Assembly: GCF_018350175.1 (NCBI RefSeq) | Contig: NC_058368.1 | Coordinates: 80,540,001 to 80,604,000, forward strand | DNA length: 64,000 nucleotides | Direction: 5' to 3' | Source: Felis catus | Taxonomy: Eukaryota | Shown: positions 26,416-39,201 of the stretch, piece after piece | Position numbering within the stretch: position 1 is the stretch's first letter | Layout: every line of letters starts with the position of its first letter | The notes under the pieces: generated by a model | Database searches by the model: none | Told to the model about the DNA's origin: nothing | Seen by the model: only the letters and a program-made list of their open reading frames with translations | Position numbers and translations under genes: made by a program

Positions 26416-28302
26416 TGAAAGGGTTTCTTAAACAGAAAACAGGAATGGAAAATACTCGTTTCCATCCAGACAAGCTGAAATTCAGGATAAAAGAAGTAAT
26501 CCGGAGAAATCAGGAGAAAGATGAACATTATGAATTAATTTACAACATAATTTGTGAAAAAGATAAAAGTCTTCACTAACCTGTGCATTCATTCAACATC
26601 ACATATAACATGTTGACGTGATTCAAATTCTAGGGAAGCTTCATTTACCATTTATGTCTCTGAGAAGCAGACACATCTAAGTGACACAGAGGTGAGACAG
26701 GATTCAGAAGCTTCGGGGGGGGGGGGGGGGAGGCTGTGACCGCAGAGCAGTGACACCGGGAAGGACCGTGCTGGTGACACAGTGCACACATGTGGTGAAC
26801 TGTACAGATGTATGTTTCTGGTGAACCTGAACAGCATCTGTGGGTCAGTGAACAACACCACACCCGTGTCAGTGCCCTTGCTTTGAGATGCGCTCTGCTT
26901 ATGTGGGCCATCGTCACTGAAGGAGGCTGCACAAAGTCTACATGGGAGCTCTCTGTACTATTTTTGAAACCCATTGTGGTTCTAAAATTATTTTGGAATA
27001 AAGTGTTCTTTTTTTAAAAGAAAGCACAAAACCTGCACATAATAAATATAAGTATATAACCTCTTGAGCAGGATACGTGCATTCTTTCGTACGTATGATC
27101 GTGGAACGTTCAACGTCTTAGCAAATTTCAAAACGCTGAGATTTCTGGGTTCAGTTGCCTAATCACATTCAATGGCCAACAAAGTCTCAGTTTCTTGGTA
27201 ATTAGGAAACATATTCCTTGATAAATATTTGATGGAAGAGGAAATCAAGAGGGAGATTGCAAATCTCCTTGGAGGCGATGAAAAAGAAGCACTTCCTAAT
27301 AAAACTCCCGGGACACAGTGAAAACTGTGTTCAGGAAGAAGAAAGTAATTGATCGCTCTTCTGGGGAAGCCAGTGTGGGCCTCATGGAGGCTCACCTACT
27401 GGGAAGCTAAGGGCGTCAGCCAGAGGTCGTGGGAGCTGGCAGAGGACACAGGCCGGCGTGGACACCAGGGACCGTGTGACTCACGGCCGAGCAGGCAGCA
27501 TAAGCTTGTTTCCCACCAGTGCTCCTTGGTCCCAAATCCAAGGCCATGCAGGGGCGGACCCTGGGTGGGGGGTTGGGGGTGCTGCACGCACGGTGGGTCT
27601 GTGTCACACATGAGGAGCCCCGAGATTAGCAAACCCCAATCTTTAAAGGGAGAGCAAACCAACCGACCCCAACTTTGTCCCACAGGAGACATTATTTTTT
27701 TTTATTTATTTTTTTTTTAGGAGACATTATTTTTAATCTGTAGGTCAGGGAGCAAATTTGTCCTCTGCCCAGGAGGGGATGATAGCCCTACCTTTGACGA
27801 CTGTTGGCTCCACTCTGTCATCTTACCTCTGCTCAGATATTCAGAAACATGAGAGACTATTTCCAAACCCACGAATTCATAATGGCACTTAGAAAACTGC
27901 CCGGTCTCCTTTGGAGGATGCCGGAGCACCGACTCGTGCTGCCAGATGCCGGTAAACACGGAAGATGCGTGTACGTCTCTCTCCCCGTCCTGGGGGAACT
28001 CTGTGTCCGGGCACCCATGTGTCGATAAGAACTCTCTGCAGAACTCCAGCTGACAGGCACCGTAGGGACTGTCAGGCTCCAGCAATTCCAAGTGGGACAT
28101 CAAAGCTGATAGCTGCTGAAACCCACAGATGACGATGGGCCAGGACGGCACCACCAGAGCCACTGATGGGTCTGAGCCCACGAAGAGAGAGACACGGAGA
28201 CTTCACACCTGTTCTCACGCCACGTGGTGGGCCGCTGGTGCCCCTTCCTCTGTGGGATATTTCTGAGGCAGGGAGGGTCCTGGTGGTTTCTCAGAAGTCC
28301 CT

Positions 28303-28772
28303 GTTGTGCGTTGAGTTGTGTCCCCCAGAAAGATATGCTCAAGTCCTCACTCCCAGGACCCGTGGATGCGAACTTATTTGGAAATGGGGTCTTTGCGGAT
28401 GTAATCAAGTTAAGATGAGGTCATTCTGGAGTAGGATGGGCCCTGATCCAGGGTCTGGTGTCCTTATGAACAGGGAAATTTGGGTACTGGCAGAAAGGAA
28501 GACAAGGCCGTGTGAAGGCAGACACAGACATTAAAGCAATGCACCTGTGAGCCGAGGAAGGCGTGTCAAGGGTTGCCAGCCACCCCCGGGGGTCTGGGAG
28601 AAAGGCCTGGAACAAATTCTCCTGCTGCCTCAGAAGGAACTGACCCTCTCTCCTCCCCTCTCCCGTCCCCCTTGATCTCAGACTTCTGGCCTCCAGACTG
28701 AGAGAGAAATGTCTGTGGCATATAAGTCCCCCAGGTGGTGGTGCTGTGTTAGGTCAGCACAGGAAGCTACTA
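28303..28772. mobile_element. MLT1-type MaLR LTR
   Basis: TGTGTCCCCCAGAAAGATATG...TTATTTGGAAATGGGGTCTTTGCGGATGTAATCAAGTTAAGATGAGGTCAT...GACTTCTGGCCTCCAGACTG. Confidence 0.85.
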
Positions 28773-29055
28773 CAGGGCCCCAGAGGGACCCAACCTCAGC
28801 TCCTACTGTGGCCCCCACCCACTAGTGTACCCTTTATCATAGACTTCCTCCCTGCCTGCCTCATCTTCCCCACTTTCTCCTTTGTGTTTCTTGTCATCAA
28901 CCCCCAAATACGCCTCCTGCACTGAGGCCCGGTCTCAGAGTCTGCATTTGGGTTTAAAAAGTAGGTTTAAAAAGTGACCTTGGGAAGCAGACAACACACA
29001 GGCAGGGAATCTACACTAACGTCTCTCACCAGCCGGACCGCCCAGCCACAGATGC

Positions 29056-29474
29056 TGTGTCAGGCAGGGTTCTGCAGACAAACACAACCAACAGGACATG
29101 TGTAAAGAGATTTATAGTGAGAATTGGCTCATATGATTATGGAGGCTGGGGAGTCTGATCTGCAGGGTGGGTCTGCAGGCTGGACACCCAGGTGGAATCC
29201 ATGTTCCAGTTCAAAGGCATCTGCTGAAGAAATCTCCCTTAACTCAGGGGAGAAGGTTGGTATTTGTGGTCTACTGAGGCCTTCGACTGATTGGGCGAGG
29301 CCCACCCACACTGGGGGAGAGCAATCTGCTTTACTCATTCCACCGAGTAAAGTATTAATCTCAAGGATTAATACTGTGACTCAAGTATTAATCTCAGCCC
29401 AAAGCACCTAGAATCATGTTTGACCAAGTATTTGGGTGCTCTGTGGCCCAGTTGAGTTGGCACATAACTGTCAC
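29056..29474. mobile_element. MLT2-type (ERV-L) LTR remnant
   Basis: CAGGGTTCT.CAGA.AAACA.AACCAA.AGGA...TTGGCTCATATGATTATGGAGGCTG...TGTGGCCCAG...TGGCACATAA. Confidence 0.75.
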
Positions 29475-32400
29475 AGATGTTTCGCGGGTGCCACATGATG
29501 GGCTGCTAACTCCTCCCTCCTCTTCTGGCCCTCACCACGATCATGCTCCCACCTGTGCTGAATGGAATGCAGAGCAGGTGCAAAGGAAGTGTTAGTTTAT
29601 GAAACAACTCTCATGCCTGAAGGGTGTGGAGCGATGGCAAGTGTAAAGGCTGTGGGGTCAGCTGACTCTCGCTCACTGCCTGAGAAGCTCACCAGCTGAA
29701 GCCTCCATGGCAGGTGTGTGGAATCATCCACCCCCTGTAGTGAGGGGGTTCAGCTCTTGGTGTAGATACGGCCAGTTTGCAAAGCAGTGGAGCTCACCAC
29801 GTGGGCAGGCCTCCTTGGCTGAGTCCAGGGCTAGGCTGGGGGGAAAGAGCCCCTGAAACCTGGAAGGGGGGCACTGGGTAGAGATTTTGAGAAACTTGGA
29901 CTCCTGGTTCCCTGGCTCTCCACGCCAAGAGAAATGGTCCTTCTCCTTTGCTAGGGATGCGCAGCCTTCCATCGCCTGGGGATGTGCAAATGCCCTGTGG
30001 TGTGGGGTGTGGGCCGTAGCCGCTCAAGGCCTCTAGACTAACAGCTGGGTGAGCCTCAGCAGGCCTGGAGGGCATACCACAGCGGCGGCAGGAGGAAGGC
30101 CCATTCATCAGAGGAGCCTCGGGCGTATGCTGAAGCCACCACTCATCTGACGGTGGGTCGCTGGACAGGGTGGGAGAGGCAAATGAGGCTGAGAGTCTGG
30201 CCTACGATGGTGCTCCTATCTCAGGATTAACATCCTGGTGCTCAGAGGCAGGCCTTAGTCCCCACAGGGATGGCTCCTTCGGCTGGGCCTCAGTGAGGGG
30301 GCAGCCTGGGCAGGGTGGAGGGTCTGAGAGAGGGCGGGCGGCTGTGAAAGGGCCCATGCTGGAGCACCAGAGGGCGCTCTTCTCTACAGCAGCTGGAGCG
30401 CCCTAGCGAGGGGTGCCCAGAAGACATTCTGGGGACGGGGTGAAAGGCAGTGTCCCCGGAAGGAGCGCTGAGTGACAGGGAGCTGGCACTGTAGCCATCC
30501 ACCCTGCTGGGCGCAGTGGCTCAGGGCCGGGCACGAGCTGGTCTGCAGGGCCCAGGTGAGCTGCTTGACACAAATGGCCCAGACCTCCAAGTCACCTGCC
30601 TCCACTGGCCGGGTTCCCAATGCCACTCAGCTTGCACCTGTGACGTTGCTAATTTGGTGTGAACCACAAAAGGACACGTGGGCCGCTGCCACGGTACAGC
30701 CCAGCCCCAGGGCGGGCTGCGGGACAGGGGAGAAGCTCTGTGGTCAGTGAAGCTTCGAGCCTATCCCCTGTCTTCTGCTTCAGGTGCTTGGTTGGTGGTG
30801 GGCAGCAGGGCCCCTGGTCCGGGGGCCTGGGAAGGGCGGGTGGGATGGGTGGAGGGGAGGCGGAGGGGTGCTGTGTGTCTCAAGTCCTACGTCGGTCTCC
30901 GGAGGGCGGCCACCGGCACCTGTAGCTTCTGCAGCACCCCCCCTCCCCCGCCCCAGCACCTATACAAGAGGCCGTGGCCAGCACAGCTGTGGTGACAGAG
31001 ACAGAGCTGTGCAGGGGACCTGTGGCACGGGCTCCCTCTCACCAGCGCTGCCCTACTGCCCACGGTCGAGGAGGATTCTAACCTGCTAGTTGTTAACACC
31101 CACTGCTTGGTGGCCAAGTTGATGACATCGGGGCCCTGTAGTCCTGGAGGGAGAGGCAGTTCACCTCACCGGCTGGGCCTAGCAGGAAGCCTGCTTGCTG
31201 GTGACTTCCGGCCAGGTAGCGGTCTGTGCTTCAAGATGCGGCATGTATGTGGGACCAGTGGCTCCTACAAGGTGCGTCCCCACTGTCTGAGAAGCAGGTC
31301 CCACACCGAGAGGCGCAAGCAGCATTGGCACTGCTTCCTGGCACTGCCAGTGGTCCATGCAGGGCCTGTGTGCTTCCTGCCCCAACAGCTGGAGGCTCTG
31401 CTGAGCTGGGGGCCGCTCCCCGGGGGAGACCCGCAATCACGGGAGTCGGGGGTGGAGGGACAAGTCTTAGCCCGATGGCGCCCCTGTCAGAGGACTCCGA
31501 GACCTGCCCCACGTGGCTTCTCAGAGGCCCCCAGGGGAGCTGCCCCCCCTTTCACACCTCTGATTCTCAATTTTTGTCCCCCCTACCCCATTTGACTCTC
31601 CCTTTCTTCATTTGTTCTTTCTGGGACTGCGTCCCAAACACATTGCTTGTTCCCAATTGTTGGCTCGGGACCTGTTTCTGGGGGATCCCAAACTGGGCTA
31701 AGTTTCTGGTTGACGTCATGTTTCATAAAACACTGTATTGGTAAAATGTCTTCCAATCCTGAGTAATTTTCAGCCATGTATGTTTACAAACTATTTTTTC
31801 CTGCCTTGCGCCCTCAGTGTTTAGCATTTGAGCATATTTATACCAAATAAATAGGACGCTGCTTGATAAAATGAATGCCTTCAAGAACATACTTAAGAGT
31901 AGTTCCAATGAGCTGCTCCTTAGTACATTTTTCACTGTAGATGTTGGTCTAGTTCAATAAAAGCACCCCCACAGGGAGTGATCGCTGTAACTGCTAGGTC
32001 GACAGTCATCTGCCTGTCCGGCTTCAGGTTGGGGTGGAGTTACCATGTTTGTAGGACCATCCTCCAAGCAGCAACAAGCTAAACAGCTGACTCAGCACAG
32101 TTCAGCAGAGCTCGGGGGAATCACTGATGGCAGCTGTCTGGGGGCCCGCCCCAGCAGCGACAGGGATGTGGCACTGAGGCCTTAACAGGGAGCCAACCGG
32201 GACGTGAAGCTGCAACCCTGTCGTGGGAAATGAGGCCACCGGAGGCCACGCGCCTGCATCGAGAGCTGTTCCACATTTTTCTGAGGTGAGTCAAAGGGCA
32301 TCCGCAGACAGGACTCAAATCCTCTGTTGACAACGGCCTGGCTCCGACCCAATAGAACGGTGAGTTCTTCCCCATGGCTCATGCCTTCTGTAATAGGAAC

Positions 32401-32599
32401 TTGGAAAACTGGAAAGTTTAACCATATGCCCACCTTGGATACTAAAGTCATTCGGTTAAACACCTAAAAACACCTAGCTGTGAACAGTGTTACTTTCTAG
32501 AATGAATCCCTTCCAAATAAAGTTTTTTGAAATTAATGTGTATCCAAGGTAAAAGAATGCCACTAGTAGCCACAAAACATTGAAATGTTCAGGGACTTC

Positions 32600-32897
32600 T
32601 TTTTTTTTTATTAAAAAAAATTTTTTTATGTTTATTAATTTTTGAAAGACAGAGACAGAGCACAAGCAGGGTTGGGGTGGGAACACAGAATCTGAAGCAG
32701 GCTCTAGGCTCTGAGCTGTCAGCACAGAGCCCGTCGCGGGGCTCGAACTCACAAACCGCAAGATCATGACCTGAGCCGAATCAGATGCTCAACCAACTGA
32801 GCCACCCAGGGACCCCCTTTTTTAAAATTTTTAAATGTTTGTTTCTTTCTTTATTTTGAGAGAGACAGAGAGAGCATGAGCAGGGGAGGGGAGAGGC

Positions 32898-32936
<39 letters not shown>

Positions 32937-33064
32937 ATCCCAAGCAGGCTCTGAGCTAGCACTGCAGGGCCCAACACAGGGCTCAAACCTACGAACTGTG
33001 AGATCATGATTTGAGCCGAAACCAAGAGTTGGACACTTAACTGGCTGAGCCACCCAGGCGCCCC
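32600..33064 (-). mobile_element. Two tandem minus-strand CAN-SINEs sharing one degenerate TSD
   Basis: TGAAATGTTCAGGGACTTCT (32581) and TGAAATGGTCAGAGACTTCT (33065) flank the pair. Confidence 0.88.
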
Positions 33065-33806
33065 TGAAATGGTCAGAGACTTCTAAGATTAGTCATGGTA
33101 GGTGGCCTGTGGGCCTCCCTTCTGACAATAATTGACTGTCCAGTGATTGGTCACCTCAGGCCGCTCACTAGAGCTGCCTTTCTTTAGGGTCATTTGATTG
33201 AGTCAAGTTCTTACTCTTGTTTACCAGATTGTAAGCACCAGACCTAATCTGAATATATTATAATAATAGAATCTGAAATTGTAATGGCTGTATTCTGATT
33301 TCTTCAATTCAGCAGTAATGAGCATAAACAGAAATCTCAGTGAAAAACTACCCTTAGGTCAATACCCTTCTGTTGATCAAGGGTCTTTGGGCACAAACCT
33401 TAATGGAAGTCTTAACTGCTCTGTTCCCTAGAAAGCGTAGAGAAGTAGTCTGGAAAGCTGGTTATGTGTGGGTCCTGGAGACCCACAGTCCAGGCTTCAG
33501 TCGCTTCTCCACCACCTGGGTGTGTGACCGTGGGAACAAGGGGACAGACTTGGTAAGACTGTGATAGTGATGGTGTGATGCAACACAGGGAGGGAGTTCT
33601 GGCAGAGATGGGTGAGCTCCAGAAGTGGTAGCTATGACCAAGTATGTGGCCCTTGTGTCTAGACTCCATGCTGTCCTTTCCATGACTGTGTATTTGCATT
33701 TGAGAAGAAAATGTAACTGCTTAACTCAAAGCTGGAAATAGCTGCAATTCAGGATTGACACAGAAGTATGCCGGATGAAGGCAGAGGAAAAGGGAGTGAA
33801 GCTTCT

Positions 33807-33840
33807 ATTTTTTAAAAAAATTTTAAATGCTTATTTATTT

Positions 33841-33871
<31 letters not shown>

Positions 33872-34040
33872 CAAGAGTAGGGAAGGGGCAGAGAGAGGGA
33901 GACACAGAATCTGAAGCAGGTTCCAGGCTCTGTCTGAGCTGTCAGCACAGAGCCCCATGCCGGGCTCCAACTCCTGAACTGTGAGATCATGACCTGTGCA
34001 GAAGTTGGAGGCTTAACTGACTGAGCCACCCAGGCACCCC
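33807..34040 (-). mobile_element. CAN-SINE
   Basis: SINE in reverse; AAGC(T/C)TCTATTTTTT flanks. Confidence 0.9.
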
Positions 34041-34559
34041 TTAAGCCTCTATTTTTTTTTTTTAAGTTTTATATGGCTTCTAGCTTTTGTCATTAACTGG
34101 ACTATACGTGCCTGGCATACCGTCAGCTCTCTGTAGGTGACTACTAAGCTGTTGTAAACTGCCACAGGCCACCATGCAAGCCAGCAGGGAAAGCACTTGG
34201 GGGCTGTGGAGGGAGTAAAGGGACACATGTGTTCAAGGGACTCTCCTTTACACAGTGCTCTTGTAAGAAGGGGCTCTCTTCCTTGGTCAGATGCATGTGT
34301 CAATGTCATTCCATGTTCGGAGAAGCTTGTTCATTGCGGGACACTTGGAAGTCCGAGTTCTTCAAGTCCGGCCTGCGCGTTGCCAGGGCCATTGCCAACC
34401 GACCATGTTCTGCCCAAGTGCGATGAGGGCTGAGAGGTCGGTTTGGTTGGGGCCGTTCTCCGTCCTTCCTTCCCCGTCGTCGTCACCGACACAGACCCAG
34501 TTCAGGCTCTGCTGCTTTCCTGATACCCATGGTTTCTGAAACGTCACCATCAGTTAAAG

Positions 34560-36430
34560 TGGAGTCGCTCCAAGGTTTCTGGTCCTGCAGAGCGGGCCGG
34601 CCTGGCGGGTGGTGAGGTCACGCGCCGGAGCTGGCCTCCCGGCAGGGGGCACACCTGACACCCGCGCGCCACGCTGGGGGTGGGGGTGCGGGCGTCCACG
34701 TCCCCAAGGATCTCAGCAGCGCCGGGGAAATCAATTCCTCTCCGAATTAGGCCCATCTGCTCACAGATTTAATGATGATTTGTGTTCTGTAATTGCTGGC
34801 TTACAAAGTGGCGGGGAGAAGCGAACGTCTCGTTTTCAGCACCCCCCACCCCCCCACCCCCGCCCGAAATAAAACTGGCAAAAATCAAAAGAGCATTCTG
34901 GGAAGCACTTAATAGTTGCAACGCTGGTGAATTCAGAAAATCAATGACGGGCTCCGCGCCCTCTGAGGAGGGGCCGGCGCGAGGGCAGCGCCGCGCGCTC
35001 CGGCGTCCGCGGGGCGTGCGCGGGGGCCCGCGGGGCGCAAACGGTTAAGGCGGCCGGCGCCTCCGGAGGTCACGGCGGCGCAGGTGGGCGCGCACGGCCG
35101 GGCCGGGGCGGGGGCGCGCGGCGGGGCGCACGGCGGGCCCGAGCGCGGGGTGCGTGTGCGGCCGGCCGGCGCGGGGCTGCTCCAGCGCCGCGTCTTTTCT
35201 TCTCCTCGCGGTGATGTCATCGGCGGCGGCGGCTGGGAGCCGGGAGGCGGCGGCGGGGGCGGCGCCGGGCGGCCGCCGCAGGTTCATGTGCATCTAATGA
35301 AAAGGCACTTGACAGTCGGCCAGGACGCACGCGAGGGAGCGCGAGCCGGCCGGACCGCGGCGCCGCCCGAGCCAATCGCGGGGCCGGCCTCTCCATGGGC
35401 GACCCGGAGGGGGCGGGGGGCGCAGCCGGCCGGGCCGCGGCCGCTCCGAGGTGAACGGCGCCCAGACGGGCTCGCGGCGCGGGGAGGCCGGGCGCGCCGC
35501 CGCTATGAATTCCGCCGAGCAGACCGTTACGTGGCTCATCACCTTGGGCGTGCTGGAGTCGCCCAAGAAAACCATCTCGGACCCGGAGGGCTTCCTGCAG
35601 GCGTCTCTGAAGGATGGGGTGGTCCTCTGCAGGCTGCTGGAGCGCCTGCTCCCCGGGACCATCGAGAAAGTAAGTGCCGCCCCGGCCCGCGCCCCCACGG
35701 CGCACAGGCCCGGGCGGCGGGCGCCCCGCCTCGTTCCCGCCGCGGCCCGGGATGCGCGGAGACGTGCGGGCGCGGGGTCGCAGGCGCCGGCACCTGGCGG
35801 CCGCGCGGGGCGCGGAGGAGCCCACGCGCCTCCTTTGTGCGCGGACCCGGGAACGCGGCCCGCGCGGGGGGCGCGCAGGCGGCGCGAGGCCCGGGCGGCG
35901 GGAGCTGGGGGCGCCATTGTGTGCGCTGCGGCGGGGCCCGGGGTGGGGGTGTGGGGGTGGCCCGGCCGTGTCCGAGGGGACCGGCCCCGGGGAGGCCGCA
36001 GGGAAGGGGAGCGGCGGCTCCGCTCCGCCCCAAGGTGGAGTCGCCCCTGTCGGTGACCCGAGCGGAGAGCCGCGCTCCAGCGCCGCGCACAGCCTCCTCG
36101 AGGCTTTGTTTGAACAGTTTTTGTTGGTGGTATCGTAGGAGAGTTTCACCTCTGCTTAGTCGACCAATTGTTGGGCGTTTTTCAAAGGCATTGATCGATA
36201 GCCGAGGGCCGGGCTGTAAGATGACCGACTGCCCTCCCCGCCAGAGAATTCCTCGTGTCTCCAAGCCCCGAGGATGGCCGACCCCACGAAGCCAAGGCAC
36301 TCTCCGAGGCTGGCTTAAAATTATCGATTTCATTTTCGGGTCCGTGCCTGATTCTGAGCACAATCACCGGGCCCACAGACCCTGCCTGCTTCTGTGTTGG
36401 TGGCCGGTGGTTTCCCCGGGGCGGGGGTGT
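34560..36430. promoter_or_regulatory. ARHGEF7: CpG island / ARHGEF7 promoter with GC boxes, CCAAT box (35372-35376) and CRE/ATF-like TGATGTCA (35212-35219)
   Basis: Very high GC and CpG density spanning the first exon; GGGGCGGGG boxes; GCCAATC about 130 nt upstream of the ATG. Confidence 0.9.
35505..35669 (+). CDS. ARHGEF7: Rho guanine nucleotide exchange factor 7 (beta-PIX), first coding exon, N-terminal part of the calponin-homology domain (55 codons, phase-0 intron follows)
   Basis: Translates [55 protein letters not shown], recognised as the ARHGEF7 N-terminus. ATG context is GCCGCCGCTATGA. The exon ends AAA|GTAAGT (consensus donor) and lies in a CpG island. No exon 2 was recognised in the window. 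Confidence 0.96.
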
Positions 36431-36564
36431 GAACCCTGACCCTCATCTCTGCCAGTGATTAAAGTTTGCTTTCCTCCCACACAGGCTGACAAAGCCAGGG
36501 CTGGGGGTAGAAGTGCTTTTAAAAACGATGTGACCCTGTGTTTCAAAAACACTGCAATTTTATC

Positions 36565-36572
36565 CTTTTTTC

Positions 36573-36628
<56 letters not shown>

Positions 36629-36671
36629 TTTTCTTTTCTTTTTTCTTTTTTCTTTTTTCTTTTTTCTTTTT
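36565..36671. repeat. (TTTC)n/polyT microsatellite
   Basis: Direct reading. Confidence 0.95.
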
Positions 36672-38989
36672 GCCAGCGTAGAATCTTAAGCTCAACCAGT
36701 TACTTAAAAGGTGTTAAGTGTAGAAGCTGAAGCACACCGTAGTTAGGAAAAAACTGTTTAATTTTTTAAATGGGGTTGTTTTAGCCCTAACGTACAGTGA
36801 TGATTTGCTGATCAAATGTTAATTAGGTCACTTGAAAAAGTAAAACGTTTAATCTTACAAGTTTGTGCATGTTTTGGTGCTGCATTTTAAAGGTCAGAAA
36901 AGGTTTTGTTTTATATGAATTTGCATGCCTGCTAGTTTTAGGTATTTTTTCTTACTTAGAACATATGTATGAAAACAGAATCTGGATGAGGCTGAAGGGC
37001 TGTCTGCCTGGCCAGGAAATAAAAACGTTGCTTGTAAACCAACCTGATGTCACAATAAAATTATGATTTAAGACAGGCTTAAGGAGCAGAATCTAACTTT
37101 CAAGGCCCTCGGAACAGTTTGTTGTCATCTGGATACGAGGACCTATGGTAATAAAAGTCAGATGTTGGAAAGCAGTGCAAATGCACGCTAAGTTCACCAA
37201 CACAGGCTTCTATAAAACGTTGTTCCGTGACTAAGAGTGAAGTTTTAGGAAACTCCCTGCGCTGTCTGGATAAAATCATGTCACCATCGAAGCGTGCTAT
37301 TTGGCATATTAGCTGCATTCATGTGATTGGCAGACTTGAATAATCATTTTCTTTTACATTCTCCAAAGGGTTTCTTTCCAAACTGTAGCACTCCTTCCAT
37401 CCCTAAAACAAAGAGAGGAAATGTTTAGCTTGTGGGAGCTGGACTGAAGCCCGACATGTTCTGCAACCAGGGTCCCCCAGAAATGTACTCTGCTGCCACT
37501 GTCCTTCCCTACCACCGACCCCCCTGTGGCCCCAACTGGTTGGTTTTCCGCTGACACTGCCAGAATGCAAGTGGCACAAATTAGAGACAGCACTACCGGT
37601 TCTGTGTGGTTCAAAGGTAGGTTTTTGGAGTAAAATATTAGCCAGTCTCTGCCTCTAAAAACCACAGGTTTCCGCGTCTCCCGAGCTTTCCTGTCTCTTT
37701 AGCAGAGGCATTGATTTGGGCTCCCACACCGCGTAGCGCGAGCCACAAGGCAGACGTGTGCGACAGCTCTCACTTGGCCCTGCGGACGTCGGTCTGGGGA
37801 CGGCTTTCTTTTACACAGGAGCGTTTGGAAACTTCGTCGAACGTTCATGTGGAACCCAAAGAGATTTAACTTTACCCTAGTTGGCCACCTGAACACGCTG
37901 GCAGCTGGGCAGGGTGCTGGAAGCAGCATGCCACGTGTGCAGATCCACGACTCAAAACGGACCGTTAGGCTGGGGAAAGCGCAGAGGTGGCTCGGGTTTC
38001 CCACATGCCTTTGGTCAAGAAGACACGTGCCGGTGTGTTCCTTGTATTCTGTTATTTGTTCTAGTTGGAGCCAGTGAAAGGGCGGAGAACCACGGGGACT
38101 CTCAGACTGTAGATGTTTTCGCCCAGGTTCCCCTGGATGCAGGCTGCCCTTCGCAAGGCGGGGGTGGGGGCGGGGATCATACACCTCTGTGAGCAGCTCA
38201 GAAAAGAGACACTTTTCATTATCGCCACCGGCAGGTCGTCTGCTGTCGGGGAGACAGAGTGGGGATTACGCGGTTTCCTGGACCTTCGTGTGTGAGGCAC
38301 TTCCGCTTTGATTTTCTCCAGCAATGGCCCTGGTGTTTTGCTGGCCTGCTCACCCTTCCTGGGATGGGAGCGGGCAGAGGCCCCGAATCCAGGGGCCCCT
38401 GCCACCCTGAGCTCGTGAACTCACACTTGAAGCCCCTCTGGACTGTTTAGTCACAGGGGTGAAATGAAGATTCAGACGTTCTAGAAGGAGGAGCACCTGT
38501 AATGAGCACACAGAAGTGGCAGGGGTCATGAAAGGAAATGCTGCTTCAGTTTTCCTTGTTGGTGCGGCCCACGGGGCTGCTGGATCCAGTGTGAGAATCT
38601 CCTGGAGCCTGGTTCTGTCTTCCCCGAGCCAGGAGAACAGAACACACTGGAATCGGTAAAGTGCTTCCCTGGGGACGCTCCCATCGATCCACACTTGTGG
38701 ATCACAGTTGAGAAAGTCCTGCTACCCTTCTGGCCTTGCTGGATGTCCTGGGCGTGTATGTTGAGTTGAGATGGGGTTAAGCTGCTGGGCTGGGTTCCTG
38801 TGTCCTGGGGCGGTGACAGAGCCCCACCCCTGGCTGGCTGCACTGAAGATGTTCTCTCCCAGGCCTGGAGGTGCAGGCCTGGGATAGGGGTATGGGCCGG
38901 GGATTGGGGTGCAGGCCCGGGACTGGGGTACGGGTTGGGCCATGCTCACTCTGAAGGTGCTCGGGAAGGGGGTCCCGCACATGCCCAGA

Positions 38990-39201
38990 GTCCCCATGAA
39001 GTTCCCCCAGTCTCTGCTGTGCCCAGACCTCCCCTTTTATGAGGACACCGTCCCTGGATTAGGGCCACCCGACCCCTGTATGACCTCAACTTAACCAATT
39101 ACATCTGCAGCAACCGTGTTTCCGAATAAAGTCACATCCTGTGGTTCTGGGGGTCAGGGCTTGGACATACACATTTTGGGGGACACAATCTAACACATAA
39201 C
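38990..39201. mobile_element. MLT1 LTR fragment
   Basis: GGATTAGGGCCACC...TATGACCTCAACTTAACCAATTACATCTGCA...TTTCCGAATAAAGTCACAT...GGGGGACACAAT. Confidence 0.75.

Noticed and set aside
35084..36439. 451-aa plus ORF and overlapping 310/274/207-aa minus ORFs
   Set aside because: Low-complexity Arg/Gly/Ala/Pro translations expected from stop-poor CpG-island DNA; only the 35505-35669 frame is a recognisable protein.
38617..38670. VFPEP-like stretch resembling the expected start of ARHGEF7 exon 2
   Set aside because: No preceding AG acceptor and the similarity does not continue; exon 2 probably lies beyond the window.
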